NCBI GenBank assembly: GCA_977020255.1
Contig: CDROCS010002739.1
Location: 124,001-188,000 of the forward strand
From: Obrimoposthia wandeli
Taxonomy: Eukaryota
Length of the DNA stretch: 64,000 nt
Reading direction: 5' to 3'
Shown here: positions 1-11,221 of the stretch, piece after piece
Layout: every line of letters starts with the position of its first letter
How positions within the stretch are numbered: position 1 is the first letter of the stretch
Program-made: the position numbers and the translations under genes
The notes under the pieces: generated by a model
Seen by the model: only the letters and a program-made list of their open reading frames with translations
Told to the model about the DNA's origin: nothing
Databases searched by the model: none

Positions 1-22
1 GGGCCATGAAGTTCATGTCACT
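1..22 (+). CDS. CDC45: CDC45 coding exon (partial, runs off window start)
   Basis: GG GCC ATG AAG TTC ATG TCA CT|GTAAGT: strong donor, phase 2, joins the 1411 exon to give AMKFMSL-CDKKCLDYGLNLAK (human [21 protein letters not shown]). Confidence 0.7.
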
Positions 23-1198
23 GTAAGTACAAACGTAATTTCGTTATGACTTTTAAATATATGAAAATATATGAAAACCAAAAAAGATTTATTATGACCA
101 AATTTTGCATATTTAAGTTATTATTAAATCATTTTTAACTCTTTGTTTATTCATTTCAATTACATCGTTTTTAAATTTGTGACATATTTAAAATATATTT
201 GAAAATATTAAAAATCTCCGACTATAACACTTCGAATGTAGCAGAAGCAGCATGCTGTGAGGATATAAGTTTAAAACATACTTAAAAAACTGAAGAAAAC
301 CAGTTCAAATTTATAAGATATATTGGTTTGTTTTGTTCTGAAGTCATGAATGTTGTTTGTCGAAAAGTTAACGTGTTCTGTCAATTTTTCTGAATTACCT
401 ATTTGTTAAACCGACTTGTGTCTAACACACTTTTTATCATTATTACGAAAATTGCATATCATTTGTCAGCTGAAGCAATATTTACACTATATGTAAGTCT
501 GCGCAGTTCAAAAATGATTGATGAACGACTATATATTGTTTTTGAGTAATCTGTTTGTGCCATTCGGAATGAAATTGTAACATCTTCATTCCTTTAATGA
601 CGCGCGTTGGCAAATTTTATTCGATGTTGATTAAATAAAGAATACGACAATTTTTCAGATCTCCCACATAACTACTATTAGTTTTTGGTTCTGGGGCTAC
701 ATGATAAGCGTTGTGTTTACTTATCCACTACGAGCAAGAAACATCAGTTGATTTTAAAGAGAAAAAAGTAATGCTATTGATAAAATATCAGAAGAAATGT
801 TTCAAGAAACGTTTTGAGAGAGTGATAAATTATTAATTCATTTCGAACATTATAAATTACTTTGTAACTTTCGTATTTTTGAAAAAAATAGCTTTTTGAA
901 ATTCTTCATTGTTTAACGATGTATACGGTGTATATCGTTATTTGAAAGTAAATCGCTTCACAAAACGGGTTACGGAAACTCGAATAGTTTGCGTTTAAAA
1001 ACATTTATACGTGAATGTTTATTTGCAAAATCATTTATTGAAATATTTTGATTTCTAAATACTCACGATGATAACCTTATGAACGTCGGGAAATTAATCG
1101 AAATTTGTTAGAAAATTTGGGACATTTGGAATTGGAAAATTACGCTAAACCTTCTGCGCGCTGACTGTCAAGGTTCTTTATACAAACATATATAGCTT

Positions 1199-1250
1199 CT
1201 GGGAATAGAACCCGTGGCCTTTCACATGTGCAGTGAACGCTCTACCACTG
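1199..1250 (-). pseudogene. tRNA-derived fragment (SINE head or tRNA pseudogene) in a CDC45 intron
   Basis: Minus strand CAGTGGTAGAGCGTTCACTGCACATGTGAAAGGCCACGGGTTCTATTCCCAG has D-loop/A box, a 5-bp anticodon stem and a B-box-like GGTTCTATTCC; no acceptor stem. Confidence 0.65.
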
Positions 1251-1410
1251 ATAATAACAGTTTCAACGGTACATTTCATCTAAACCATATCATTGAATAG
1301 CACCAAGTCAACTTTGCCAAATTACCTTAACAGTACTGTCAGCGAAATATCCTTGACATTTTCGGTGGATAATTTATTACTATTTGGTAACTCTAACTTA
1401 CTCTTTGCAG

Positions 1411-1549
1411 ATGCGATAAGAAGTGTCTGGATTACGGTCTCAATCTAGCCAAGACAATGGTGAAGGAGTTCAGTATCACTACCAAAGATATGGTGGATAG
1501 TAATGAAATCAGGGTTTCTGGCTCCTTTCTTCAGGCATCCCTCCCCAAG
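1411..1549 (+). CDS. CDC45: CDC45 coding exon
   Basis: CTTTGCAG| acceptor, AAG|GTTTGC donor; CDKKCLDYGLNLAKTMVKEFSITTKDMVDSNEIRVSGSFLQASLPK is colinear with human [12 protein letters not shown]...ISQGPFLYCSL. Confidence 0.85.
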
Positions 1550-1847
1550 GTTTGCAGTTTTTACTTATAGCTTCGTTGCGAAATATAGCTACAACTTGAT
1601 GGAGACCCAAAAACACAAATATTATTTGAAATCTTTTCTCGATACATATTCATGGACGAAATATTTATGAATATGTATCTTGAAATGTATATGTAAATTT
1701 GAAGAAAATTCATAAAAATTTGATAACTAGTACTATATTTTATTTATAGCTTTGTTCTACCTAAGATTAATTAATTTATAAATATTAGTTATTTCATTTA
1801 ATATAATGATTTTATGCATACATTATTTTATCAACCATTCCATTCAG

Positions 1848-1937
1848 AACAAGTACTTCAACCTCCTCAGTCCCATGAAACAAGATATTCTGGCCAGGTT
1901 TTTGCTGGATGCAATTTTCATCAGAAGGCCAAAAATG
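1848..1937 (+). CDS. CDC45: CDC45 coding exon
   Basis: CATTCAG| ... ATG|GTTTGT, phase 0-0; NKYFNLLSPMKQDILARFLLDAIFIRRPKM. Confidence 0.8.
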
Positions 1938-2708
1938 GTTTGTTAAAATAATGAATTTTTGTTTTATCAATACATTTTATTTGATGATTTTTCTATAGAA
2001 TATAAAATTTTCCAAATTCTGATAACATAACAAAAATAAAATATTTATTTAAATCTTTTAATAACTAATTGATACGATAATTTTAGGAACATTGGATTTA
2101 TGGTAATTGGATGTTTTAATTATTTAAAATCTGTTATTTTTCTATTTTAAAGCGATTTAATACGAAAGCGTGGTGTCATTTTACCAGCTATGAGCTTTTG
2201 TCAAAAAGAACTTATTAAAACTTTTCATCAATTTCTTCAGTTAATTTAATTTTGTTGTGTAACTGATTTTAATATTTCCATAAAATATTGTAAAGTTATG
2301 CCGAAACGTAGTACTTATAAATAAAAGTATTAAACTTTCCATTATTTTAAACAAAATCCAAATATTTTTAGCCAGTTCTAATTTGTGTTATTTGACATCT
2401 CGAAAGTATTTTAACTCTATTTTTGAAGAAAATTTTTATAGTTCTAATAGTAACACTACAACAAAAATCTAATAATAGTAAATGTCCATAATTTTCGGAG
2501 TAAATTATTGATTACTCCCTTAACATTGTGAACAATTTTTGATTTCATTTTCGCAAATTTAAGCGTTCAGATTCAGTAATGTTTAAAATCCAGATTGACA
2601 GTTTTCTCCGTAGTAAAAGTAGATTATGCAGTCTTAAACATACCAATAGAACATTTATATTTTTTTCAATTCGGAAGATTAAAATGATATTCTTAACATT
2701 CCTTTCAG

Positions 2709-2818
2709 GGCTTGGCGAAGAAAACAGAAGTCCTTCCATTTATTCTCTGTAGCGAGATAGAAGAAAACCGCATTGTTCTATACGGTATTCCTCCCCTCAA
2801 GTCAGATTTCACCAAGAA
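2709..2818 (+). CDS. CDC45: CDC45 coding exon
   Basis: CCTTTCAG| ... AA|GTGAGT; GLAKKTEVLPFILCSEIEENRIVLYGIPPLKSDFTKN matches the CDC45 signature LPLV...VTVVGIPP...RKN. Confidence 0.9.
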
Positions 2819-5122
2819 GTGAGTTACAAATGAGATTAACATGTTTAAAGAACATTTTATAATATATTATACTTGATAAACACAGGGGAAATGGCTGATT
2901 TGGAGTATAACACACAATTGTACATAAAATGACTCAGTTACAGAAATATGCATTTGAAAAATGATGTTTTAATATATAATTTATTTTGAAAATGAACACT
3001 GCAAAAGTTTTATGACATCATTCAAAATACATTGCATATAATATCCAACAAGTAGACACTATAACCTTGGGGAGTCAATGGTCAGAAACTGGAGTAAGCA
3101 GGAAAATATTTTAAGATTAGGGAAACGATCTAAGAAAGCAGATAAAGGCTGGGAATCAAGATTGTATGAACTTCTACAGTAGGTTGTTGAACATGGAGGC
3201 GTAGAGAAATGGAAATTGATGATTTTCAAGGAAGTCCCTCATTGATGTCTAAGAATAAATTAACTATTTAATAGATCCAGATCAGCAGTCTCCCAGAATC
3301 TTCTTTGCATTGTATTTCCTAGCCTTTGCAAAAATAATAACATTTATTCGAAAATGCATATATAAGACACAGTGAAGCAAAACAATTTTGTATTTCCTTT
3401 ATTTGTAGCAAGCTCAGATTAATTTTATTACTTTCTTGTTTTATATTCATTTTGTTTTTTCATCATAATAACATAATTAATGCTTAATCTTAAAGTTTTC
3501 TCAAATTTTCCATAATATTTTTTATGATGACCTTCACTGCATAATATATCATAGTTTTTTCTCTCTTAGCATATTTCAAGTCTAACTGTGTTATCATGTT
3601 ATAAAAAAATATTATTCAAAAAATTCATCAGAAAAAAATACACAAAAAAAACGCTTTGATGTTTACATACAATTTTGATAATCATGCAACACCAGGTAGA
3701 TCCGATAAAATTAGAAAAACGAATGTAAATGTGTGAAATATTTATAAACTAATTTTTATTAATTTTGTTGACATTTCGATCATCCATTTCAAGGATACTA
3801 ATAAATTTTTTTGAAGTACAACACCTAAACATATCGTATTTAGCTTTTATTTTAAGTTTCTATGCCAATTCTTGTGTTTTCATTTGTGGAATTGATCCAT
3901 CGCTTTTAAAACGATTTGAATAATATAAATAATGTCAAACCTTATCATTAGAAAACCACTTCAACAATGCTGTATCTCAGAAAATTCAGACTTTTGTACA
4001 CTTAACGAAGAGTTTACTTTAGAATTTAACTCAGTGGGCTCCTTATGAAAAATGATCGACAATTGTCGTGCTAATTTTGATTCATCAGCATTTTTTGTTT
4101 CAAACCATAATCTTTATCAAAAACAATCAGTTCACACTTTAAAAATGGCAATATTAAATATTTAGGAATTTAAAAAATGTTATAAAATTGTAAATAAAAA
4201 ATATATTCCAATAATTTATTTTTGTGAAAAAGTGTATCTATTTAACCAGACTTTAATATTTAGTTAAAAAAATCTATATTAAACGCAAAGTTAAAATATG
4301 ATGTGATTTTAAGATTATTTCCATATTACTTTTACACAACATGCAATAATCGATTTGATGCATTAATTTGACGTATTCGTATTAAAAGAAGATTTGAAAA
4401 ACATACGCTATAAACGGTTTGACACGGAAAACATGAGTGAGGTTAAAATATTCAAGTATCTTACTAAGTTATATAACTGATCCCGAAATGTTCTCTAGAC
4501 ATCGCCGTATCATCTCACATACTAATCTCTTCAGTATCTCTATACGGACATTTTACAAATTACACTGACAATTTGATAATGATACAGTTTAAAAATCTTT
4601 CAAATACATGAAATCTGAGTTTAATTTTTAAGGGCATAATGCAATTAAATAATTTTTGTCATGATGTAAAATAATACATGAATTTAATTTATTTTCCTAT
4701 TCCATGTTATCAATAAATGAGGTCAAATATAAATTTAAGACTATACAGCAAATTCTGTTTACTTTCATTAGTATAATAGTGTTTATTTATTTTTAACACA
4801 TTTAAGTTACTTCTAAATTACATTTCTAATTTATGTACCTGACTGTATTATATATATGGTAAGTGCAAAGGAACCTTGTTCCAAAATAAAATAGGACATT
4901 TGTATGATTCACATTTTATTTTTTTGATAGCATCTTTCCAAATAATATTCTAATCATTTTTCCAGTTTGACTGCATGGCCAATTATCCTTTCTAACTTTT
5001 CTAAGATTACAGTGTTTAGAGCGAACCGTGTAGCCTACCTTTGGAATCTGTCTTTGTGGCAGCATTTGTCACATTCCCGAATTGATGTCGTTAACAACTA
5101 ACCGCTACCTTTACCTTTTCAG

Positions 5123-5199
5123 CCTCTTCCGGACTCTATTCATCACTGCACTCTACAGTGCCAAATCGGAGACTGAACAGAATTGCCTCGACCATTGCA
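5123..5199 (+). CDS. CDC45: CDC45 coding exon
   Basis: CCTTTTCAG| ... A|GTAAGT, phase 2-1; LFRTLFITALYSAKSETEQNCLDHC is colinear with human [24 protein letters not shown]. Confidence 0.8.
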
Positions 5200-5358
5200 G
5201 TAAGTCTACTTTCTTACGTTTTATTTTGATAAATTATTTGAAATTTTTACCATCATACAGAAAGATGTTCAGAGAGTTAGTACGGATTTCAAATATTTCA
5301 ATTAAATTAAGTGGTATAACCACTTCAACTTGCCTTTTCGTTTCACTCGTACAGCTTC

Positions 5359-5510
5359 TATTTAGGGTCTTCATCAAACTTCATCAAGCTCCGTTCTGAA
5401 TAGTCGGTGAGTGTGGTGTGAATCTCTATTTAGGGTCTTTATCATACTGGTTGAACATATTGTTGTGCAGCTCCGTTCTGAATAGTCGGTGAGTGTGGTG
5501 TGAATCTCTA
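5359..5510. repeat. Local tandem duplication (two copies of AGCTCCGTTCTGAATAGTCGGTGAGTGTGGTGTGAATCTCTA plus TTTAGGGTCT flank)
   Basis: Directly visible duplicated ~42-nt block at about 5388 and 5469. Confidence 0.85.
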
Positions 5511-6339
5511 CCGACTCAACTTCTGAATTGTCCTCTCCGAGATAGCGAACGTACCATATACCATCTTCAGATCCTCCATTATCTCTAACATCGATTTTCC
5601 CAATTTCATGTATAACCTTTCAACTTTTCTTTCCTCTTTGGTAAATTTAAAAATAAATTAGACTAATTAGACTACCATGTTTTTGATTGATGGAGAAAGA
5701 TGCTTGTTTGGGATGGAACATCTGAATAAATTATACTAAATTCGCAAATCAGTTTCAAGAATGAAGCAATTTTAACATAAATGAGACACGGTGTGTGTCT
5801 TTCTTCAATGAAGTCACACAATTTAATTCGACAACTTTTGGCGAGAAGAACTTGCAGTGTTGGATGAATTAAAAATTGACCAAAAAACGTGGACCAATAT
5901 GCCTCTAATTATACCTGGGTTAAATGAGAAAGAAAAATGTTAACAGAAAATGTGAAATAACAAAAAAGAGTTCTTTCTGACTCTATAATACTTTTTTGTT
6001 AGTAAAGGGGATCGAAAAAATTAGTTTATATAACAGCACATCAAATATATATCAAAGTGTTTTTTTGCATTTTGATTGATTTGTAAATAGTAAGTGATGT
6101 GTTTATAAAACATAGTAATTTCTTTTTGGTCACCCTATATTAAAACTAACATTATTTAACCAGTAAAATATTGTTTCATTTTATAGAGTGAAGTAACGTT
6201 GACCAGATAAGAGTAAAGGCTGGTTATTATTTGATTTGTAATTTACTGTTAATTTGAACTAAAATACATTTTGACTTATCGACCGTTTTTCTTTATTAAT
6301 ATTCTAGAAAAATCCCATGAAGGTTCGAATCAGAAAGTT

Positions 6340-6560
6340 CTTTTAATTCCTTTGCACATCTTTAAATGGGATCTGACGTGTTATCAAATTGTTCATTATT
6401 CATGGCAATATGCCCACACATTCTCAGTATGGTTCAAATCCAGCCATTCAAACCTATTGACTTCCGCTAAGTATTTGTATAGTACCTTTAGTTGTACTTC
6501 AGTGGTATGGCTACAGCACTTTTCAAACAAAAGAACTGATGCTTATGTGGCATCATTAGA
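6340..6560 (-). mobile_element. Tc1-like transposase remnant
   Basis: Minus-strand FEWLDLNHTENVWAY is a degenerate LEWPSQSPDLNPIENVW motif. Confidence 0.55.
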
Positions 6561-6967
6561 GGAACTTTATTGCGCTGAATTAAAGTGAAATATTCAATCA
6601 TAAAAATAAGAAGAAAAATATCACCTTGCATGTAATTTTAAATTTGTTTAAGATAGAATAATTATATGAAAGTAAAAATTGAATTTGGTTTAAATATTTG
6701 TGTATAAATAAAGAAACTAATGATATTTGAGAAATAATTAGTGATGCATAAAAAGAGTTTTGAATTGAATAAAAGCAAAAATATTATGTATTAAGGAAGT
6801 GCTGGAATAATCCGTTCTAACAATGTTCCGTACTATGCAGAACCGTACTATTTGAAAGCTATTTTACTATCTAAACCAATGTTGTTAAACCACTAGAACT
6901 TTAATCGACAATTCAAACATTGCTCAAATAATTTTTATCTGACTATTTATTTCATTTTTATTTTCAG

Positions 6968-7056
6968 GAATCGAAGTGAATGAAAAAGAAAAACGAAAAG
7001 TTTACGAAAAAATCAGTTTGATATTAACAAATAAAATCAGCAATGGAATTGTGTGA
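6968..7056 (+). CDS. CDC45: CDC45 terminal coding exon
   Basis: TTTTCAG| acceptor, phase compatible; RIEVNEKEKRKVYEKISLILTNKISNGIV* vs human [21 protein letters not shown]. Confidence 0.75.
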
Positions 7057-9759
7057 TATAAATATATTTTGAGAATTATTTTTTCAGATAATTTGTTTAG
7101 AATTTTTTATATATTCTCAATCAAAGGTGTCATTTTATTGTTGAAAATCAATTCAAATTATTACAAAATAATTTATTATTTAATGAAACGAAAATAAAGT
7201 AGATTACTGACTGAATGAAGAGTGTTAACTTGCGAATTAACTTAGTACACCGGAATTATTTAGTGAACTTATTGCTTTCGAATATAAGGATGAACACGAA
7301 ACCGAAGTTAAAATAAAATACAGGGTGACAATAAAGGTAGAAATGTTTTTTAGCTATAAAAGTTTATTGAAGGTCGAATTATTTTGTTTTTCTGCATCAA
7401 AGGATTAATATTCAATTTTACATTTTTTAGAAAAAAATATTGAGCAAAAAGCCAAAGATGCAGCTTGGTAAGCAAATTTTTGAATTTTGTTTATGTTAAA
7501 TTTCATAAAAATAATTTGATTTTTAAAATTTGTACCTTGTCTTATTTTATAATAAATTACCTAAACGATCTTTACACAAACAATACCTTGATCGTAACTT
7601 AATAGTCAGACTCAGATATCGATCTTTTGCTTTGAACAAAAAATTGTGACTATTGGGCTTGTATATATTTAATTTGACTCATTTTTACTAAAACCACAAC
7701 ACAAGAAATAGTGGCATCAAACTAATTATATTAAAGTACAGGTTTTTAGGATACTTCTTTCCTTACTAAACGTTGAACAAATTTATTTCCCAATTTTAAT
7801 TATAGATATGTAATAAACACAGAATATTCAATTTATTTGATAATTACAAAAGTTCCATTAATATTTATCGAGTGAAAATTACATGATTCATAAGAAATTT
7901 GTGCAAATTTTACATCGTTATTGTAGAACTCTATTTTGTAACACATTATGAGCATAAGTATTGTATCAATCATGATTACAACTAATTTTTGTCTTTACGA
8001 CTTTTCTTCTCACGATCAATTTAATTCAACTCTAAAATGTTAACATATTTGATGGAAAATGTTCTACTATTTTCTAATTGTATTTGAATTTTTGCGATTG
8101 TAATTACTGCCTAGCCATTTGAATTCAAATCTGTAATAAAATGACCAGGTGAATTGACTCTTTCTTACTGTGAAAATAGGTGTACTAAAAAGTATGTTTA
8201 CACTCAACAATAATAGACAAACGAAATAAGCATAAAACCGCTATGATTTTAATAACATAAAAGAAACTAAGTCAATTAAAGAAACTTGGTAACTGTTAGA
8301 TCACGTTAACCCGTTAATTAAAATTTATTAATTTATAAAGAAATTTAAACCATTACATTTACCTTCAAAAAATAATTATCCTAAAATTTCGACTATAATG
8401 CACGTATAATATAATGAAAAACGTTATATTTGTTTAAATTTTATACTGGATGCGCTTTTTATTAAGTTTTTTTAATGCATCGAGATTCTTAAGGTGTGTA
8501 TTATTATCGGAATTTTATAGTAAATAAACATGAATTTAATTTCTATTTAAAATAACATACAAAATTAGCCTTTATTAAAATCAATATAAAAAGGAAGATT
8601 AGGACATCCAAATCTACCAAAAGAGCCTGTAAACGAAGCCAACCGAAAATATTGAATTTAGTGATTTTAGGTGCAGCTGCTTTAGAAGTTCTTGCATTAC
8701 AGCACCTTAAATTAGCTTTTCCTGGAATTTTTCGACAGGTTTGTGAAGCACAATACCTTGGTAAAATTAATTAACCGTCTCTGTAATGTCTGATTAATAA
8801 AACTTTTTAGTCCTGGCCAAAGACAGTGTGTTTTAAAATAATTTAATTAAAATGTCAAAAAATGTTTAAAACTAAGAAAATTGAGGCCATAATAAAGGCT
8901 AATTAATTTTGAACTTTATATGGTTACAATTAATTAAGAAAAATTTTGAGTTTCTTAGCGGAATTCTGTCTACACACCTAGAAATTCGATCATTTAAAAT
9001 TTCATTCAGCTAGAAAAGGAAGCCCAAAAGTTAGCAACAAACGAACATAGTCAGAAAATTTTGAAGGAGTCTAAGAATCTCTTGTAACCAGCACCAAGAG
9101 GCAGTGACAATGGAGAAGGCTAAACAAATTGCAATATCAATCGTGAACAATACGTGGGTTCTCATTAGGGAAGAATCAAAATAAGAAGCAGATCCATAAA
9201 CGAAAAAAAAACACATTTTTAAACGAAACGTAATCCCAAGAGAATTTAACGACATAATGAAAAAAAGTATTGAGTTATTAGTTCGTAAAAAAATCAACAA
9301 AAACTCGATTGAAGATAATATTGAATAAATACACCTGAATGCGGCGAAAATATCGAATAAATGATCACATATGAATCAATTATAGATAAGACAAAAAATC
9401 TTAAGTGATCAAAATAACAAGACAAAAATTGAATCAAATTAAAATCAATCAGAGATACTGGATTTAAAAAAAACAACTTTAAATATGTAGGACAGGTATA
9501 CTCTGAAGTGCCATGAGCAGTAACTTATGGTAGAGGAAAATTGTTAAAATGACCATTCATAAAAAAACTATATAAATATTCCGAAAACGATTGTCGGATC
9601 AAATTAATATAGACAGAATGAATTTAACTTTCAAATGTCATGGTAAATGTCAGGATGGTGAAAACTTTCCGATAGAAAGCACAAGAGTAGAAAACTAAAG
9701 TAATGTATGTATTTATAATCTCATTCGACACTAACGTTATTGAGGATATATACCTTTTC

Positions 9760-9863
9760 AAATTCAATATGGGAATAGTCAAATTCAATATGGGAATAGT
9801 CAAATTCAATATGGGAATAGTCAAATTCAATATGAGAATAGTCAAATTCATTATAGGAATATT
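9760..9863 (+). repeat. Left subterminal array, 21-bp unit AAATTCAATATGGGAATAGTC x4 plus one degenerate unit
   Basis: Units at 9760, 9781, 9802, 9823 and a partial unit at 9844. Confidence 0.95.
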
Positions 9864-9921
9864 ATTTAAATATAAATAAATTATTAATCAGAAATCATTA
9901 AAAATTTAAAAAAACCCTTAA

Positions 9922-10977
9922 ATGCCTAATCCTAGAATCAAGAAAGATGAGACCAAGGAAAAGAGAGCACAGATCCTTGCAGTTTATGCATCCGGCGGGG
10001 ATTGGAGGGCTTTGGCTGAAACATTAGGTGTAAAGTCCAGTACCTATTATAGGTGGATTAAAACCGGTGATGTACAAGACGCAAGAGGGGGAGTTCGTGT
10101 CCAAAAGATTTTTGAAACTCATGAATCATTTATGATAAATGAGATTGAAAAAAATCCCAGGGTTTCCCTCGAGGAGTTGACAGCACTTCTCAGAGGTGAG
10201 TATGATTTGGAAGTTACCAAAGAATGCGTGCGTCTACACCTTGACGCACATCTTTATACTCTCAAGGCAATACGTTATGAACCTGAAAGGGGGAATTGTC
10301 TTGAGAATAAAGAAAAAAGAAGGCTGTTCGCAGTTGATCTTTTAAACCACCAGTCAGGTACCCTTCCAATTCTTTTTATGGATGAAACGAATTTTAATAT
10401 TCACATCTCCAGGAAAGAAGGAAGATCAAGGAGGGGAACCAGGTGTACAGTGGTCACCAGTGGGTCGAGAGGGGCTAATGTACATCTAATAGGATGTATA
10501 GGGCCACTGGGCATGGTACACCATGAGATAAAAAGGGGATCGTTCAGGATGGACGCAGCTAATGAATGGATCAGGGTGTGTTTAAGGAAAGGCATGCAAT
10601 TACACCAAAGCAAGGTTGTCTTGGTAATTGACAATGCGCCTTGCCATTCCAGAATACAGGATGTTCTTGGCGAGGCCGAGTTTGAGGGAAATGTGATTTT
10701 AAGGCTGGCGCCTTATAGTCCTATGTTAAACCCCATAGAGCATGCTTGGTCCAAAATTAAAGCATCTGTGGAAAGGAGGTTAGCCGTTGAAATGCCCGGA
10801 ATTTTACGAGGAAATGGGCAAGGAGCTCTTACAACAACCGAGTTTCGTCTTCAGAAGCTTGAAGGGTTTGTTTCTGCCGCTTTGGCTGAAATTACTCCAT
10901 TTGTTTGCAACAATTTCATTGCATCTATTCAAAGATTACTGCCGGATGCATTGAATATGGTCAACATGACCTATTAA
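9922..10977 (+). CDS. IS630-like DD35E transposase (351 aa)
   Basis: N-terminal HTH; ILFMDETNF (D1), VIDNAPCH (D2), LAPYSPMLNPIEHAWS (E) with 35 residues between D2 and E; no stops or frameshifts. Confidence 0.93.
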   Translation: MPNPRIKKDETKEKRAQILAVYASGGDWRALAETLGVKSSTYYRWIKTGDVQDARGGVRVQKIFETHESFMINEIEKNPRVSLEELTALLRGEYDLEVTKECVRLHLDAHLYTLKAIRYEPERGNCLENKEKRRLFAVDLLNHQSGTLPILFMDETNFNIHISRKEGRSRRGTRCTVVTSGSRGANVHLIGCIGPLGMVHHEIKRGSFRMDAANEWIRVCLRKGMQLHQSKVVLVIDNAPCHSRIQDVLGEAEFEGNVILRLAPYSPMLNPIEHAWSKIKASVERRLAVEMPGILRGNGQGALTTTEFRLQKLEGFVSAALAEITPFVCNNFIASIQRLLPDALNMVNMTY

Positions 10978-11074
10978 TAAATTAAGCTGGACTAATTTTT
11001 ATTTTTATATTAATAAATTGAGCTGGACTAATTTTTATTTTTATAATACCTTTGTAAATTTTCATAATGCCTTT

Positions 11075-11221
11075 TACTATTCCCATAATGAATTTGACTA
11101 TTCCCATAATGAATTTGACTATTCCCATATTGATTTTGACTATTCCCATATTGAATTTGACTATTTCCATATTGAATTTGACTATTCCCATATTGAATTT
11201 GACTATTCCCATATTGAATTT
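11075..11221 (-). repeat. Right subterminal array, inverted 21-bp unit x7
   Basis: GACTATTCCCATATTGAATTT units at 11075, 11096, 11117, 11138, 11159, 11180, 11201. Confidence 0.95.

Noticed and set aside
8300-9300. piggyBac remnant (TTAACCC start, Cys-containing frame)
   Set aside because: No matching right end and no convincing catalytic motif
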